From the human T2T-CHM13v2.0 reference genome, Homo sapiens, in the NCBI RefSeq assembly GCF_009914755.1, contig NC_060926.1: a DNA stretch of 64,000 bases. One strand, given 5' to 3'. Positions 16,635 to 31,452 of this stretch are shown here, one piece after another. The number at the start of each line of letters is the position of its first letter. Position 1 is the stretch's first letter. Position numbers and translations under genes: made by a program. The notes beneath the pieces are model-generated. The model saw only the letters and a list, made by a program, of their open reading frames with translations. It was not told the origin of the DNA and did not search any database.

Positions 16635-17884
16635 AATGGTCAAACAGTATGGACCAATTTGCAGAACAGGAAGTATGAAGAGTCATTAATGATGTGAGAG
16701 GAACATAAAGCTCATGGTAACCTGGAAAACAAATGAGTTTCCTCAACAAAAATAAGCCTGATGATACCAAGAATTGGGAGCATGTTGAAAAGAAAAAATT
16801 TGACAATACTTTATGTATCTGCTTATATAAATATTTATGACCTAACTCTAGGCAATACTCCTAGGGGAAATCTCTTTTACATGTGTAACACATAGAGATA
16901 TGTACAAGGAGGTTCAATACATCATCCTGTGGATTTGCAAGAAATTGAGCACAACCAAAGGTCCCACTAATTGGGAAATGAATACATAAATTGCCATGTA
17001 TTCATATCCTGGGATATTACTCAATAATGAAAATGAATGAATTCTATCTGCATGGTCAACATGGGTAGATCTAGAAATCACAATACTACATGAGGAAGAT
17101 CTTTTCCAGAGCAATATGTATAACAAAAATATTTAAGTAAAAATTAAAAAAAAATATATGGCAATAGTATGTGCTATCTGTAAATACAGGTATATACATC
17201 TTAGTTAAAGCATAAAACATTTATACTTATTAATTACACTCTCACCACTCCTCTTCACATAGTACTGGAAGTCCTAGCCAGAGCAATCAGACAAAAGAAC
17301 TCAAGGCATACAAATCAGAAAAGAGGAAGCCAGCCTGTCGCTATTTGCCGATGACATGATCGTTTACCTAAAGCCTCCTGCAGAAAGCTCCCAGAACTTA
17401 TAAAATAATTCAGCAAAGTTTCTGGATACAAAATTAATGTACATATATCAGTAGCTCTTCTATATACCAACAGCGACCAAGCTGAGAATCAAATCAAGAA
17501 CTGAACTCCTTTTACAATAGCTGCAAAAACAAAACAAAACAAAATAAAACTAACCAAGGAAGTGAAAGACCTCTACAAGGAAAACTACAAAACACTGCTG
17601 AAAGAAATCATAGATGACACAAACAAATGGAAACACATCCCATGCTTATGGATGGGTAGAATCTATATCGGGAAAATGACCATACTGCCAAAAGCAATCT
17701 ACAAATTCAGTGCAATTCCTATAAAATATACTACCATTTTTCTTCACCAAATTAGAAAAAACAATTCTAAAATTCATATGGAACCAAAAGAGAGCCTGCA
17801 TAGCCAAAGCAAGACTAAGCAAAAAGGACAAATCTGGAGTCATCACATTACCTGATTTCAAACTATATTATAAGGCCATAGTCA

Positions 17885-18235
<351 letters not shown>

Positions 18236-19209
18236 AAAAAAGGTGCATAGACCAATGGAACAGAATAGAGAACCCAGAAATAAACCCAAATACTTACAGC
18301 CAACTTACCTTCAACAAAGCAAACAAAAACATAAAATGAGGAAAGAACTCCCTTTTAAACAAATGGTACTGGGATAATTGGCTAGCCACACATAGGAGAA
18401 AGAAACTGGATCCTCATCTCTCACCTTATACAAAAATCAACTTAAGATGGATTAAGGACTTAAATCTAAGGCATGAAACTTTAAAAATTCTGGAAGATAA
18501 CATTGGAAAAACCCTTCTAGACATTGGCTTAGGCAAGGGTTTCATGACCAAGAGCCCAAAAGCAAATGCAATAAAAAAAAAAAAAAAATAGCTGGGACTT
18601 AATTAAACCAAAGAGCTTTTGCATGGCAATAGGAACCATCAGCAAAATAAACAGACAACCCACAGAGTAGGAAAAAATCTTCACAATCTATACATGTGAC
18701 AAAGTACTAATATCCAGATTCTACAATGAACTCAAACCAACAAGAAAAAACAATTCCATCAAAAAGTGGGCTAAGGACATAAATAGACAATTCTCAAAAG
18801 AAGATACACAAATGGCCAACAAACATTTGAAAAAATGTTGAACATCACTAATGATCAGCATTATGCAAATCAAAACCACAATGGGATATCACCTTACTCC
18901 TACAAGAATGGCTGTAATAAAAAAATAAAAAAAATTAGTTGTGGTTGTGGATGCAGTGAACAAGGAACACTTCCGCCCTGTTGGTGGAAAATATAAACTA
19001 GTGTAACCACTATGAAAAACAGTGTGGAGATTCCTTAAAGAACTAAAAGTAGAACTATGATTTGATCCAGCAATCCTACTACCCAGAGGAAAATAAGTCA
19101 TTATACGAAAAATATAGTTGCACATGCATGTTTACAGCAGCACAATTCGCAATTGCAAAATGTAGAACCAACCCAAATGCCCATCCATCAATGAGTGGAT
19201 AAAGAAAGT

Positions 19210-19210
<1 letters not shown>

Positions 19211-19246
<36 letters not shown>

Positions 19247-19421
19247 ATATATACATATATATGTGTGTGTATATGTATATATACATATATGTGTGTGTAT
19301 ATGTATATATACATATATGTGTGTGTATATGTATATGTATATATACTAGTGTGTATATGTATATATACATATACACACACATATATGTATATATGTGTAT
19401 ATATATGTGCGTGTGTGTGTA
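19211..19421. repeat. Compound (GT)n/(TA)n/(CA)n microsatellite
   Basis: About 210 bp of almost uninterrupted alternating purine-pyrimidine. Confidence 0.95.
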
Positions 19422-19730
19422 TAAGATGAAATATGACTCAGCCATAAAAAGGAATGAATTAATGGCATTCACAGTGACCTGGATGAGATTGGAGACTATT
19501 ACTCTAAGTCAAGTAACTCAGGAATGGGAAACCAAACATCATATGTCCTCACTCATAAGTGGGAGCTAAGTTATGAGGATGCAAAGGCATAAGAATGACA
19601 CAAAGGATTTTGGGGACTCAGTGGGAAAGGGTGGGAAGAGAGTCAGGGATAAAAACTACAAATTGGGTGCAGTGTAGACTGCTTGGGTGATGGGTGCACC
19701 GAAATCTCACACATCACCACTAAAGAACTT

Positions 19731-20006
<276 letters not shown>

Positions 20007-21394
20007 TTACTCATGTCACCAAACACCACTGTTCTCCAATAACCTATGAAAATAAAAAAATTAAAAAAATAAAAATTTAAAAAATATATATGGCAATACT
20101 ACATGTGATCTGTATATACAGGTCTATACATATGAAAGTATAAAACATTTATACTTATTAATTATTATGTTTTTATATCTGAAATACAATCAATTTAAGG
20201 ATAGTAGCTATGTCTGAGGAGACAGAAATAAAACTAGAATTGCATAGAACAGTAGGGATTTCACCAGTATTTGTAATTTTTTTATTATGTAAGGAAATTT
20301 GAACCAAATGTTAGTTTTGCTAGAAAGGTATGGAAGTATTTGTTATATTACTCTATTTTTCTATATGTGCGATGTATGATATAAAAGTAGTGGTAAATGG
20401 AATGCTAATGAATTGGAGGTAGTTTACCGCTGATTTTTATTTTATAAGAGCTTCTGCCCATATTTGTAAATAGGGAGATTTTCTTACGTTTCCAGGGGAA
20501 GTAAGAATTACTAGCGTAATTTTTGTTTCAAATATTTTCTTTATATTTAAATATTTGGGGAGTAATTTACAAAAGACAGCATGTTCTATACATGTGACAG
20601 GGGTCAAATTATCACAGTATCTTTTCTAAAAAGGCAAATCAACAGAATAGGTCTGTTTCATTAAGAAGATACATGATTTTCTACGAAAGGATCAATTTTC
20701 ATTTCTGTGTGTGGACAAAAATTTTTGTTGTGGATTTTAGTTTGTAAGGTCATTCCAATTACACTAAAGGTTACTACAAATCTAAGGGGTGAGTAAATCA
20801 CATTTTACTATTGTTTCTCTCTGCTGATAATGAAGCTTAGCAGCTAAGAGATTAAGATCGTAATAATATATCGTGATGCAAAGTGCAGGACCCAGATATT
20901 TCTCATTCACCATCTAATGCTCCTTTTACTGTTCCAGAAAAGGGCATCTTACTGATCAAATTAGACCAGAGCTCAACATGTTACCTTTTATTATTATTGT
21001 TTTAACCAAGGAGTGGGATAGTGAAAATAACATTAAAAATATGTTAATATGTAATCAATAGGACATATGCTATTTCTTGGAAAGAAAACAAGAATTAGGA
21101 TCCCTTTTCGAAAATATAAAAGCCTCAATTAATTCCTATAACTCCCTGCACATGCTCTTACTGTTGGAGACTTATTATCTGTTCTGCTGGTCCAGGAGGA
21201 AAAGTCAATGTGGGAAGGATGAGCAACAGAGAGTGAAAGCTGGTAAGTGGGAAGAAAGGAACCACTACTTTAGCTGTATACAGAGAATGAAATAGCATGG
21301 GGCTTTCTTTATGAAGGGAAAAATGAAATCAATCTTGGAAATTGAAACTCATTTTCTAAAAACATACACAAGTTATAAAACTCTTTTACATTTC

Positions 21395-21813
21395 TGCATT
21401 AGTTTGCTCGGGCTGTCGTAAGAAGTTCCACAAACTTGCTGGGTCAAACAACAGATTTTTATTTTATTTTATTTTATTTTATTTTATTCATTCATTCATT
21501 CATTCATTCACTCACTTCTGGAGGCCGTATATCCAAGATCAAGGTGGGGGCAGCATTGCTTTTTTCTGAAGGCTCTCTCCTTGGCTTGTAGATGGCTGCC
21601 CTCCCGCTGTGTCTTCACATGGTCTTTCCTGTGTATGTGCCTGTGTGCTAATCTCTTATAAGGACACCAGTCATATTGGATTAAGGCCTACCCTATGCTT
21701 TATTTTAATCACCTCTTTAGTCACTCTATCTCCAAATAAGTTTGCAATCTGAGGTCCCAGGGGTTATGACTTCAACATATTAATTTTAGAGCAATGAAAC
21801 TCAGCCTATAACA
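21395..21813 (-). mobile_element. MaLR solo LTR (MLT1A/B-like) with internal (ATTTT)n(ATTC)n
   Basis: tgcattagtttgct...ggcttgtagatggctgcc...cttataaggacaccagtcatattggatta...cctataaca. Confidence 0.75.
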
Positions 21814-22100
21814 ATTTCTGAAAAGTCAAAACATGGAAACTTCTCGTCGACTTACAGCTTTCTGTTGTATTGCACAATAGAAAGAGGTTGTCCCCTCCCC
21901 CAGCCTCTGCTTTACTTGGCAACAGTGACATTACTTTCTGTATTAGATGAGACATTTTCAGGAAAGTTTCTGTCTAGTGGATTTTGATCCCAGGCCCCAA
22001 AATTGTCACATTGAATTGAACAGTAACAATGAGACACTGCGCTTTTCATTTTGAAAGGACTAATATTATCTAAATAGATTTTAAAAAAATAAAATATTGA

Positions 22101-22404
22101 GGCTGGGCTCGATCCTGGGCCAATCCTGGCACTTTGGGAGACCAAGTCAGGTGGATTGCTTGAACCCAGGAGCTCAAGACCAGCCTGGGCAACATGACAA
22201 AACCCTGTCTCTACAAAATATACAAAAATTAGACAGTTGTGGTGTTGTGCATCTGTAGTCCCAGCTACTCAGGAGACTGAGGTGGGAGGATCACCTGGGC
22301 CTGGGGAGGTTGAGGCTGCAATGAGCCCTGATTCCACTATTGCACCCAGCCTGAGTATCAGAGTGAGATCCTGTCTCAAAAAAATAAATAAAATAAAAAT
22401 AAAT
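22101..22404 (+). mobile_element. AluJ
   Basis: Dimeric Alu. TSD aaaataaaatattg on both sides. Confidence 0.9.
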
Positions 22405-22546
22405 AAAATAAAATATTGGACCAGAGGAAGATTTAGCTTTTCCTCTATGAACACATTAACTCTCAATGGCTTAATGGGGGGTATAAATATGGACATTTAC
22501 TATCAATATGGCCAAATATGAGCATATTTTACTCTGTCTTCTATAA

Positions 22547-22963
<417 letters not shown>

Positions 22964-23283
22964 TGAACATTGACCCTTTTTTTAGTTTACATTCTTCGAA
23001 TATTATCCTTTTCCTCCCAAAGTATTGGTTGCCTTTGACTGAATAGAGGAACGAATAACAAGGGACAAAAGGAACAGAATGCCAATTAATATTTGAAATA
23101 TTATCTCCTAATATGAATCTGATTTCCCTCCACTTGAAATCATTTAATGCCTAATTAAACAAATTTCTTAACCTGTGACAGGAAGCCCTTCCAGAGCAGC
23201 TTTCGAAGAACCCTTGTACCTTGTATCTACGTTCCTCCTCGCACTTTATGCTTCAGGAGAACAAATGGGCTCCTACGTTTCCC

Positions 23284-23489
23284 CAGTGGTGTGCTTACAA
23301 ATGTTTAACAATCAGTTCTCAGGAGTTTGGGAGAGGAGGCTTGATTTGTAGCATTTGCCAATTTCTGTATTGTAAATACTCTGACTTTGGCCAATTTAAA
23401 GTTTACAGGAGGTCAAGTGGTTTGCAAATTCCTGAAAATTTAACAATTGGCTCCTGTGAGCAGGTAGAGCTAGCTCCAGTATACCACTG
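23284..23489. mobile_element. MER63-like hAT MITE
   Basis: Terminal inverted repeats cagtggtgtgct...agtataccactg, plus internal repeated tttaacaat motif. Confidence 0.7.
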
Positions 23490-23719
23490 GTTCCCATCCC
23501 CAAAAGGTATGATTTCAAATCTTTGAATATGCTATCGTTTTACTTTAGAATAGTGTTTTCTCTGTGCCTGAGAAGCTCCCATTAATCTTTTAAAAATGTA
23601 GCTCAGGTGTCCTCTCTGAGCACCCTTCTGCCTTACCGGGGGTTCATCACTGCCTCTTCAGTGTTTCTCATCATTACAAATGCTTTTATGTTGGGCTGGT
23701 CACATTATCACATTATCTT

Positions 23720-23863
23720 TTTTTTTAATTTTATTATTAGTATACTTTAAGTTTTAGGGTACATGTGCACAACGTGCAGGTTTGTTACATATGTATACAT
23801 GTGCCATGCTGGTATGCTGTACCCATTAACTCGTCATTTAGCATTAGGTATATCTCCTAATGC
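23720..23863 (-). mobile_element. Extremely 5'-truncated L1PA (144 bp)
   Basis: L1 terminal 3'UTR only. 11-bp TSD cacattatctt at 23709-23719 and 23864-23874. Confidence 0.92.
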
Positions 23864-24249
23864 CACATTATCTTATCTTTTTATTTATTTACCTTTTTCC
23901 TAATTAGACTGTTGGTGCTTGATCACACACACATTTTGCCTATCAGGAAATTAATGCTCAGAGCCTAACAATATGAGGAAATATAATGGCACATTTTCAA
24001 AATTACCCAGTATTTACCACAATGGATAGGTGAATATTCTAGTTTATATTTACCTTTTTGATACTGTACAAATTACTTAGCCTTTCTGAGCCTAAATTTC
24101 TTTATCTATCTACAAAATGGATATAATAAAATGTAAACTCATGAGCTTGTTGTGAGAAAGTTATCTGTGAAGTGCAGCACAGTTGTGACACCTGAAAACC
24201 AGTCAATCCATGGTAATAGTAGGCTAACACCATGGGTGAAAGCAGTCTA

Positions 24250-24538
<289 letters not shown>

Positions 24539-24837
24539 AGCAGCCTAGAAGGACCCCCATTATTTCTAATAATACGGATAATACTGTTAAAAGTGGACCC
24601 ATCTTAGATGTGTATCTTGCTAGAGTGAAGCAGCTTCACTGTTTCAGAAGAAATAAACATTCTTCAAATGTTACACTCTTCAATATTTTTTCATGATGTC
24701 TCTAAAATTTTTTAAAAATCTTCCTATTAAACGCTTAAATCAAATTTCAGAGTTTTTTTTCTCATGGTAGGCACTTTATAATGTTAGTTGCATCCATTAA
24801 TATATGGCCTCCTATTTTCTACTTCTGTTTTTTTCAG

Positions 24838-25086
24838 CCTTTGCCTTCAAGATTCCTTCCCATTGACTGTTCAGTCCTGCATCATGCCCAAAGACTGTGA
24901 AACCTCCCAGTGGTCCTCCTGGAGCCCCTGCTCCAAGACATGCCGTTCAGGGAGTCTCTTGCCAGGATTTAGGAGCAGGAGCCGGAACGTGAAGCACATG
25001 GCTATTGGAGGTGGAAAGGAGTGTCCTGAACTTCTTGAGAAAGAGGCCTGCATTGTTGAAGGAGAACTTCTGCAGCAATGTCCCAG
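24838..25086 (+). CDS. THSD7B: Internal coding exon (249 nt, phase 2-2) of thrombospondin type-1 domain-containing protein 7B
   Basis: Acceptor ttctgtttttttcag|C at 24837/24838 and donor CCCAG|gtatta at 25086/25087. Translates LCLQDSFPLTVQSCIMPKDCETSQWSSWSPCSKTCRSG...ECPELLEKEAC...QCPR, with the TSP1 WxxWxxCSxTC motif. Gene name is from recognising the peptide. Confidence 0.93.
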
Positions 25087-25670
25087 GTATTACGCCTTTA
25101 TGCCTTCTTTAGTGTGAAGGAGGCATAATTTAATGTTGTAGGAATGTTAACAGTAATGAAAGTAGCTGTGACTCATATTTATTGAGTCTTCACTCAGTAT
25201 ACAAGTTCCATACTTGGCAGCATAGGAGAGCGGGTTAAGATCATGGGCTTTGGTGTTGACTCCCTTGGTTTAAGTCCTGTTTCTGTGACTTTCTAATTAT
25301 ACAAATTTCTTCAAGTACTTAATTAGAGTGCCTTAGTTTACCAGCAGTACTTAATTCATCCTGTGTTTGGCACATAGTAAATGCTCAGTAACCATTAGCT
25401 ATTATTACCTGACACAACACACCTAATTCTCATAAAAACCTGAGAGGCCATTCATGGCATCTCCATTTTACAAATGAAGCTACTAATGTTCAGAGAGATT
25501 AAATGATTTCTGAAGTTATGTAGGTAAGGAGTGGCAGTACCCTGATTCTAACTCAGTTCCGTTTTCAAATCTTACTGCCGCTATGTGGTGTTCTTCAATT
25601 CCAGAGTCCCTAGGGAGCCAGAGAATATTCGAGAAAGGATTTAACATATATTAATAGCTACATTTTAACA

Positions 25671-25971
25671 GCATTTTTTTTGAGATAAAAACTCTTGTTG
25701 CCCAGGGTGGAGTGCAATGGTGTGATTATGGCTCACTTTAGCCTCCACCTCCTGGGCTCAAGAAATCCTCCCATCTCAGCCTCTCGAGTAGCTGGGACTA
25801 TAGGCATGTGCTACAGTGTGTGCTACTATATATATTTTTTATTTTGTATAGAGATGGGGTCTCACTGTGTTGCCCAGGCTGGTCTCAAACTCCTGGGCTT
25901 AAGCGATACTCCCACCTCAGCTTCTCAAAGTGCTGGGATTGCAGGCTTGAGCCACCATGCTGTGCCTGGCC
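25671..25971 (-). mobile_element. AluJ
   Basis: TSD tacattttaaca at 25659-25670 and 25972-25983. Confidence 0.92.
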
Positions 25972-27733
25972 TACATTTTAACATCTTGATATTGGTTATA
26001 CCTATCCAAAGACCTGGGTAAAGGCCTGCAGTATGTTTTCCTTTAGGTTGTTGGCTCACAGTGGGCCCAGTTTGATAACAGACAGAAATCTGTTAGGGAT
26101 GAATTTGTGATATTTCCTGCTGAACAGCTGCCCTGAACTGTATCTGTTAAATCTGTAGCTATTCAAGATAGGCATTTTTCTTATAGTTTCTTGTAACTTC
26201 TATGACTAGAAACTCATTTCTGCAGCCAAAAATAAAGTAAGAAAAAAATAGTTTTCTGTATGAATTAGTGATTTGGTGATGTGTGAAGGGTATGGGTTAC
26301 TGACCCAACAGGTTCTGGTGGTGGGCTGCAGCCTGGCTCTTCCTGAAACCTGATATGAGGTGTGCATTAGAAAGGCAGGTTTCTGTTGTCAAAACTCTTA
26401 GCCACTCACATCCCCACTTCCCAGTTGGAACTAGTGTTGATTGAACACAGTTCCTTATATTCTTATTGTTAATATTTTGCTAAAATGACCCCTTAGATTT
26501 GTATCATTCCTTATCTCAAATGCAGAAGATGGAGATGCAGTGCATGCCTTTTTACCACAAACTCTCAGCCTCACAGAACCCTTCCTCGTTGTGTTGTGTT
26601 GAGTCTCTGAAAACACTAATTTTGGAGTAAAACAGAAGCTTGAAAATGGCATAACTCTGAGATCTCTGTCCCTTTTAACATTGAAATACCTGGATTAAAA
26701 TTGTATCTTCATCACTTACTAGCAGTATGATCTTGAACAAGCTATACAACTTTTCCAAGACATTTACTTTTTCAGTAGAATGCATCTGATAATACTGCCT
26801 GTGTGGCAGGCTAGAAAGGCTGAAGACCAGGCATGTGAAATGCCAGGCCCAGGGCTTAGCACATAGGTGGCGCTGCAAGAAGGATGACCACTATTGTTGC
26901 TATTTGCAGGTGTATTTGTTTCCTCCAGAAAGAGAGTATCTCTTTTCCTTAGCATACAATAATAATTTCATGAGGTAGAAACATATTTCTTCTAGATAAT
27001 TGGGAAATCTTATTTCCCTTCAGAGGCTTACTTCAGAAGGCTTCTTAATGGTATACAGGCAGGAATAAAATCTGGGTTTCATGATGACCTTGACATTGAT
27101 GCCTCTATCCTTCATTTTTTTTTTCATGGGATAGCTAATATTCTCTACCTGATACTTTCAAAATGTTTGTGATTTATAGGCAATCCTCCATTTTCTTTTT
27201 TAATAACAATTACAGTTCTCTTGGAAGTCAGAATGGTACCTTCCTGTCAATGCTAAGAAAACTGAACTACATCTATGTTTGTTAAACAATGCCTACCTTT
27301 TATCAAGTACCTACTGTTGGCCAATAATTATAGCAGAGTTATAAATTAACTAATTAAATATAAATAATATTTAGTGTGACATGGAACATTTTTGAGAGTG
27401 AAAGGGATGTAAATTGGCATTAAGATTCAAGCACAAATTTACTCAACTCTGAAGCCAGTATTCTTTCCATTATATCACACTGACTTTCATGATAGGCACA
27501 GTAAAGATATGCACTAAGATAAGGGTATACCTACTAATATACATGCATTTGTGTGCATCATATTTTTTTCAACAAGATAATGTGGAAAGAAATAATTCAG
27601 GATGTACCCAAGATGAGTTTCTGTATGGATCTTCATTTGATAGAACATTAGAGTCTGAAAATAGAGGCTGACAGACTTCACTGGTGATGATCCTGGCCCT
27701 CTAGTTCTACTGTTTGAAAATGCCGCTAAGTTT

Positions 27734-27734
<1 letters not shown>

Positions 27735-27776
<42 letters not shown>
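27735..27776. repeat. (AC)n microsatellite
   Basis: About 21 perfect AC units. Confidence 0.97.
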
Positions 27777-27778
<2 letters not shown>

Positions 27779-30364
27779 TTAAAACGGTGAAGCTGTAGGA
27801 AATAGGAGTATTGGAGAATTAACTGAAATACCAATCAACCAGTGTTCCATAGGGAGAATAATGTAACTAATGATTCTACTTGGTTGTGGGAAGGAGAATA
27901 CATAAGTAACAGCAACTAAACATCAGCTAACATTCTAATTTGTCTGAAATCTGGACTGTGGTCTCTACCATGGGAAAGCATAGAGGCTATGTACTAACAT
28001 TTGCTTTTGGTTTTATATTAGTGATTAAAATTCATTGTTAACAAGGGAAAGGAAAATGAAAATCTATTAGGGAACAGAAATTCTCGTTTCCTTTCACAGA
28101 ACTCATAAGCAAGTCATGTGCATCAAGCAAGTTAATTCACCTTATTTCTCTCCAAGAAGTAAATGCATGCCTATTTGATTCTTCATAGTGTTTTTAAAAA
28201 ATCTTTTAGAATACCGTTTGACTTTTACCCTTCTGCTATCTTTGCTATTTGAGATGTGTTTGTTCCTTCAACAAATACACATTAAGCCCTTGCTATATGC
28301 CAAACACTATGTTAAGCATTTGAGATACCTCAGAGAACACAACAGACAAACTTCCCTCATGCCCTGGAACCTAAATTTTAGTGAAAATACACCAAATAAA
28401 TAATATAAATGGTCCACTTGGTGGAAGAGCTATGGAAAAAATAAAACATCCAAGTAAGATAAAGCTAGAGGCTCTGGAATGCTGTGATGAGGGGTCAGCA
28501 CAGGTGATGAAATTAAACAATGTCCCTAGAAAAGCATCATTTGAACAAGCAGGATTTGAGGAGGTAGGAAAATCAAAGAAGTAAATAAATTACTCAGGAA
28601 ATTAGGGGAAAAATATTTCAAGAACAAGGTATAGGTAGAAAAGTGTTCTAGTCCTTGGATATTAATAAATCTTCAGTTGCATGGCTTTGGGGGATACTCT
28701 TCTCATTGCTCGACTGTCCAGCATTTTCACACTAAACACTATGAGTGACTGTCCCTAAGGCATGACTCCATGAAGGGAATTGTAACTAACAGGAGATCAT
28801 TCGGGAAGCATTCCCTGGGGCTACCACACTACCAAGTAGTTGCTTCGGAGCAACTAATTTAACTTGAAAGGAGACAGAGACAGTTTATGTTATGCTATCT
28901 TGGGAAATTTTAGAACTACATGAAAATTAGCATTGTATAGCCTTAAGTTTGTTTCGAAGTTGTAGTTTTTGATTAAGGCATATATAGACCCCAGGAAACC
29001 TCTTCCTTCAGTCTATTTGTAATTTTATGGACCTCCCCAACCTCTAGTGTGTCATTAAACACTCACAGTGTATACTATGGGTAGGGAATGGACATGAGAG
29101 AGAGGATAAATTTGCTTGTCAGTTGCCACCTTGGCTCTTGGTGTGGTTGTCCCCTGTCACTGGGCATCATGATCTTGGATGTCATGTTATTCTATGTCCC
29201 CAAACATGATGAGATAGGAGTCATTTAGGATACCTTGGCACTTGGGCACTTTCCTTTGTCCTGACTAACATCTAAAATATTATATCCCAGATCTCAACTA
29301 AGGGGAAGGCAAAAAGCATTCTAACACTGCAGGATAAGGCAGTACTGTTTAGTAGATGGGGTAAAGAAAGACAAAGAACGTAGAGCTGTAATAGTGTAAA
29401 TGCTTCATGTCAGAGAGCTGAGACACAGCCTGATTCTGGAACAGCTATGATTCCAGATCTCTTGCGCTTTAATAGAGAGGCCCATTCTGGTGAAAGACAC
29501 TGTAACACATTTGAATATTGGAAAAACATCAGCTGCAAACATCTTTCTTAGAAGAGATACCTCAGATGACCTACCAGCAACTCCTACGACCCCACTGGGA
29601 GACAACAGTTTTCATATGAAAATGGCTGTTCTGTCTCTTAAATGATCATTTAGAGTATGGAATCGAATGTAAGACAGAACTATTAAATGGTGACAGTGAC
29701 CAATACCAAGTAAAACTCTTAAGAAAATCTCAAGGCAGAAGCTGCACAGCTGAGAGTATTACCTAGTTTTTGTGATATTACTACACAGAAAAGCCAACGT
29801 GTAAAATATCGTTCCAATACTCTGGTCCGGCACTGAATAGATGCGCTCTTTTATTTCATCCTGCCTTGTTTCTGGTATGTATTAATTTATCCTTATTTTG
29901 CATGGACTAGAGATCCTTTAAAATAAGTCTGTTTGTGCAAATTTATGCTGAGAGATCTATCTGGGCACCCTGCACCCCACTTTGATTTGCTTGTGAAACA
30001 AACCCCTGAGACCAGCCTTGTTCTCCCTAACATCTTTTTGAGGCATTGTACCTAATTTTAGATTTTCTAGACATCCTTTTTTTCTTGAGAAAACCCTGGG
30101 TATTAGTTGATGAATTTTTAGATAAATATTGAAGCCAGGGATAGTGCCAAGAAAAAGGATGGTAGATGAAATCTTGGCGTGGTTGTTCACCTCCTTTGCC
30201 TTTTGAAACAGAGTGCTGTGTTGTGAAGGGATGTTTGTTCAAAACCTGCTTTGGCCTGTCACCGTGTTAACCACTGGAGAACTCATAAAACAGAGAACTT
30301 CCAGTCTGTGTTCACTTAGGTTATTTGTCTTAAGAATCTTGTTTGATGTACTCTTTCAAAACTA

Positions 30365-30444
30365 TTGGGTTGCTGCAAAAGTAATTGCAGTTTTTGCCGT
30401 GGAAAGCAATGGCAAAAACTGCAATTACTTTTGCACCAACCTTA
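30365..30444. mobile_element. MADE1 (Hsmar1-derived 80-bp MITE)
   Basis: 80-bp near-perfect palindrome ttgggttgctgcaaaagtaattgcagtttttgcc...ggcaaaaactgcaattacttttgcaccaacctta, with TA on the left. Confidence 0.93.
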
Positions 30445-31004
30445 CAGATGGCCCAGAACACGACAATCGTGTCCTTTAAGAGTGCTTAATAGTAATGTCC
30501 CAACACATCATCTCATACATATGAATAGGACTATTTTGTTTGTTTGTTTCCTTTTCCTTAGAAAGAGTAGCACCTAGAAAAGTGCCTGGCTCGTAGTAAA
30601 TGCTCACCAAACATTGAAGGAATAAATAAATGAAGGTTAAAATGTGGAGTAGCTCCAGAACAGTATTATACACTCGGCACTTTATTCCATGTTTACCTTT
30701 ATTATATAGTAAGTATGACAGACTCAAAGGTATTTTAAAATAAAGAACAGCTGAAATTGGCATCATCAAGGTCAAAAAAGGACATCCACCCAGGACAAGA
30801 TGGACCCAGGAAGCTTGCCACAGTTCCACAATCCTGCTGATGCTGCATCCAGCTTTCCAGATAAAAAATCTGTCTGTCATTGGTTATGAGGGTTACTTCA
30901 AAAAAGGTGAGGAATGATATCATAGTCTGAATTTGTCCAAGTTTTCCTTCTAGCACACACATCACTTGTTACATCTTTTAAATCTTCTCCTATTAGTTTT
31001 CTTT

Positions 31005-31308
31005 TTGTTGTCATTTGTTTTGAAATGGACTCTCCCTCTGTCTCCCAGGCTGGAATGGAGTGGCGTGATCTCAGCTCACCACAACCTCTGCCTCCTGGGT
31101 TCTGAGGTGATTCTCCCACCTCAGCCTCCCAAGTAGCTGGGATTACAGGCATGTGCCACCATGCCTGGCTGATTATTGTATTTTTAGTAGGGACGAGGTT
31201 TCATCATGTTGTCCAGGCAGGCTAGTCTCAAACTCCTGATCTCAAGTGATCCACAGGCCTTTGCCTCCCAAAGTCCTGGGATTACAGGCGTGAGCCACCA
31301 TGCCGGCC
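31005..31308 (-). mobile_element. Alu (old AluS/Jb)
   Basis: Dimeric Alu ending ccatgccggcc. Confidence 0.9.
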
Positions 31309-31452
31309 TTCCATTGATTTTCTATCACAGCACCGAACACTCTTCACATAGTAGGTATTTAATAAATGGTTGTCAGATAAATTAACAGATTCTCTAAGGA
31401 AGCTTTTCAAAAATTGTTTAAGAAGCTTTTCTGCAGCTATTTAGAAGTAGAG

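Noticed and set aside
19132-19569. ORFs rich in Y/I/H/T or V/C/Y
   Set aside because: They are translations of the microsatellite.
24788-25117. 109-aa ORF treated as a stand-alone gene
   Set aside because: It is the spliced exon plus intronic read-through. Clear acceptor and donor sites bound the real coding part.
26860-26877. CTCF-like aggtggcgctg
   Set aside because: The 5' half of the motif mismatches and it lies in MIR-like sequence.
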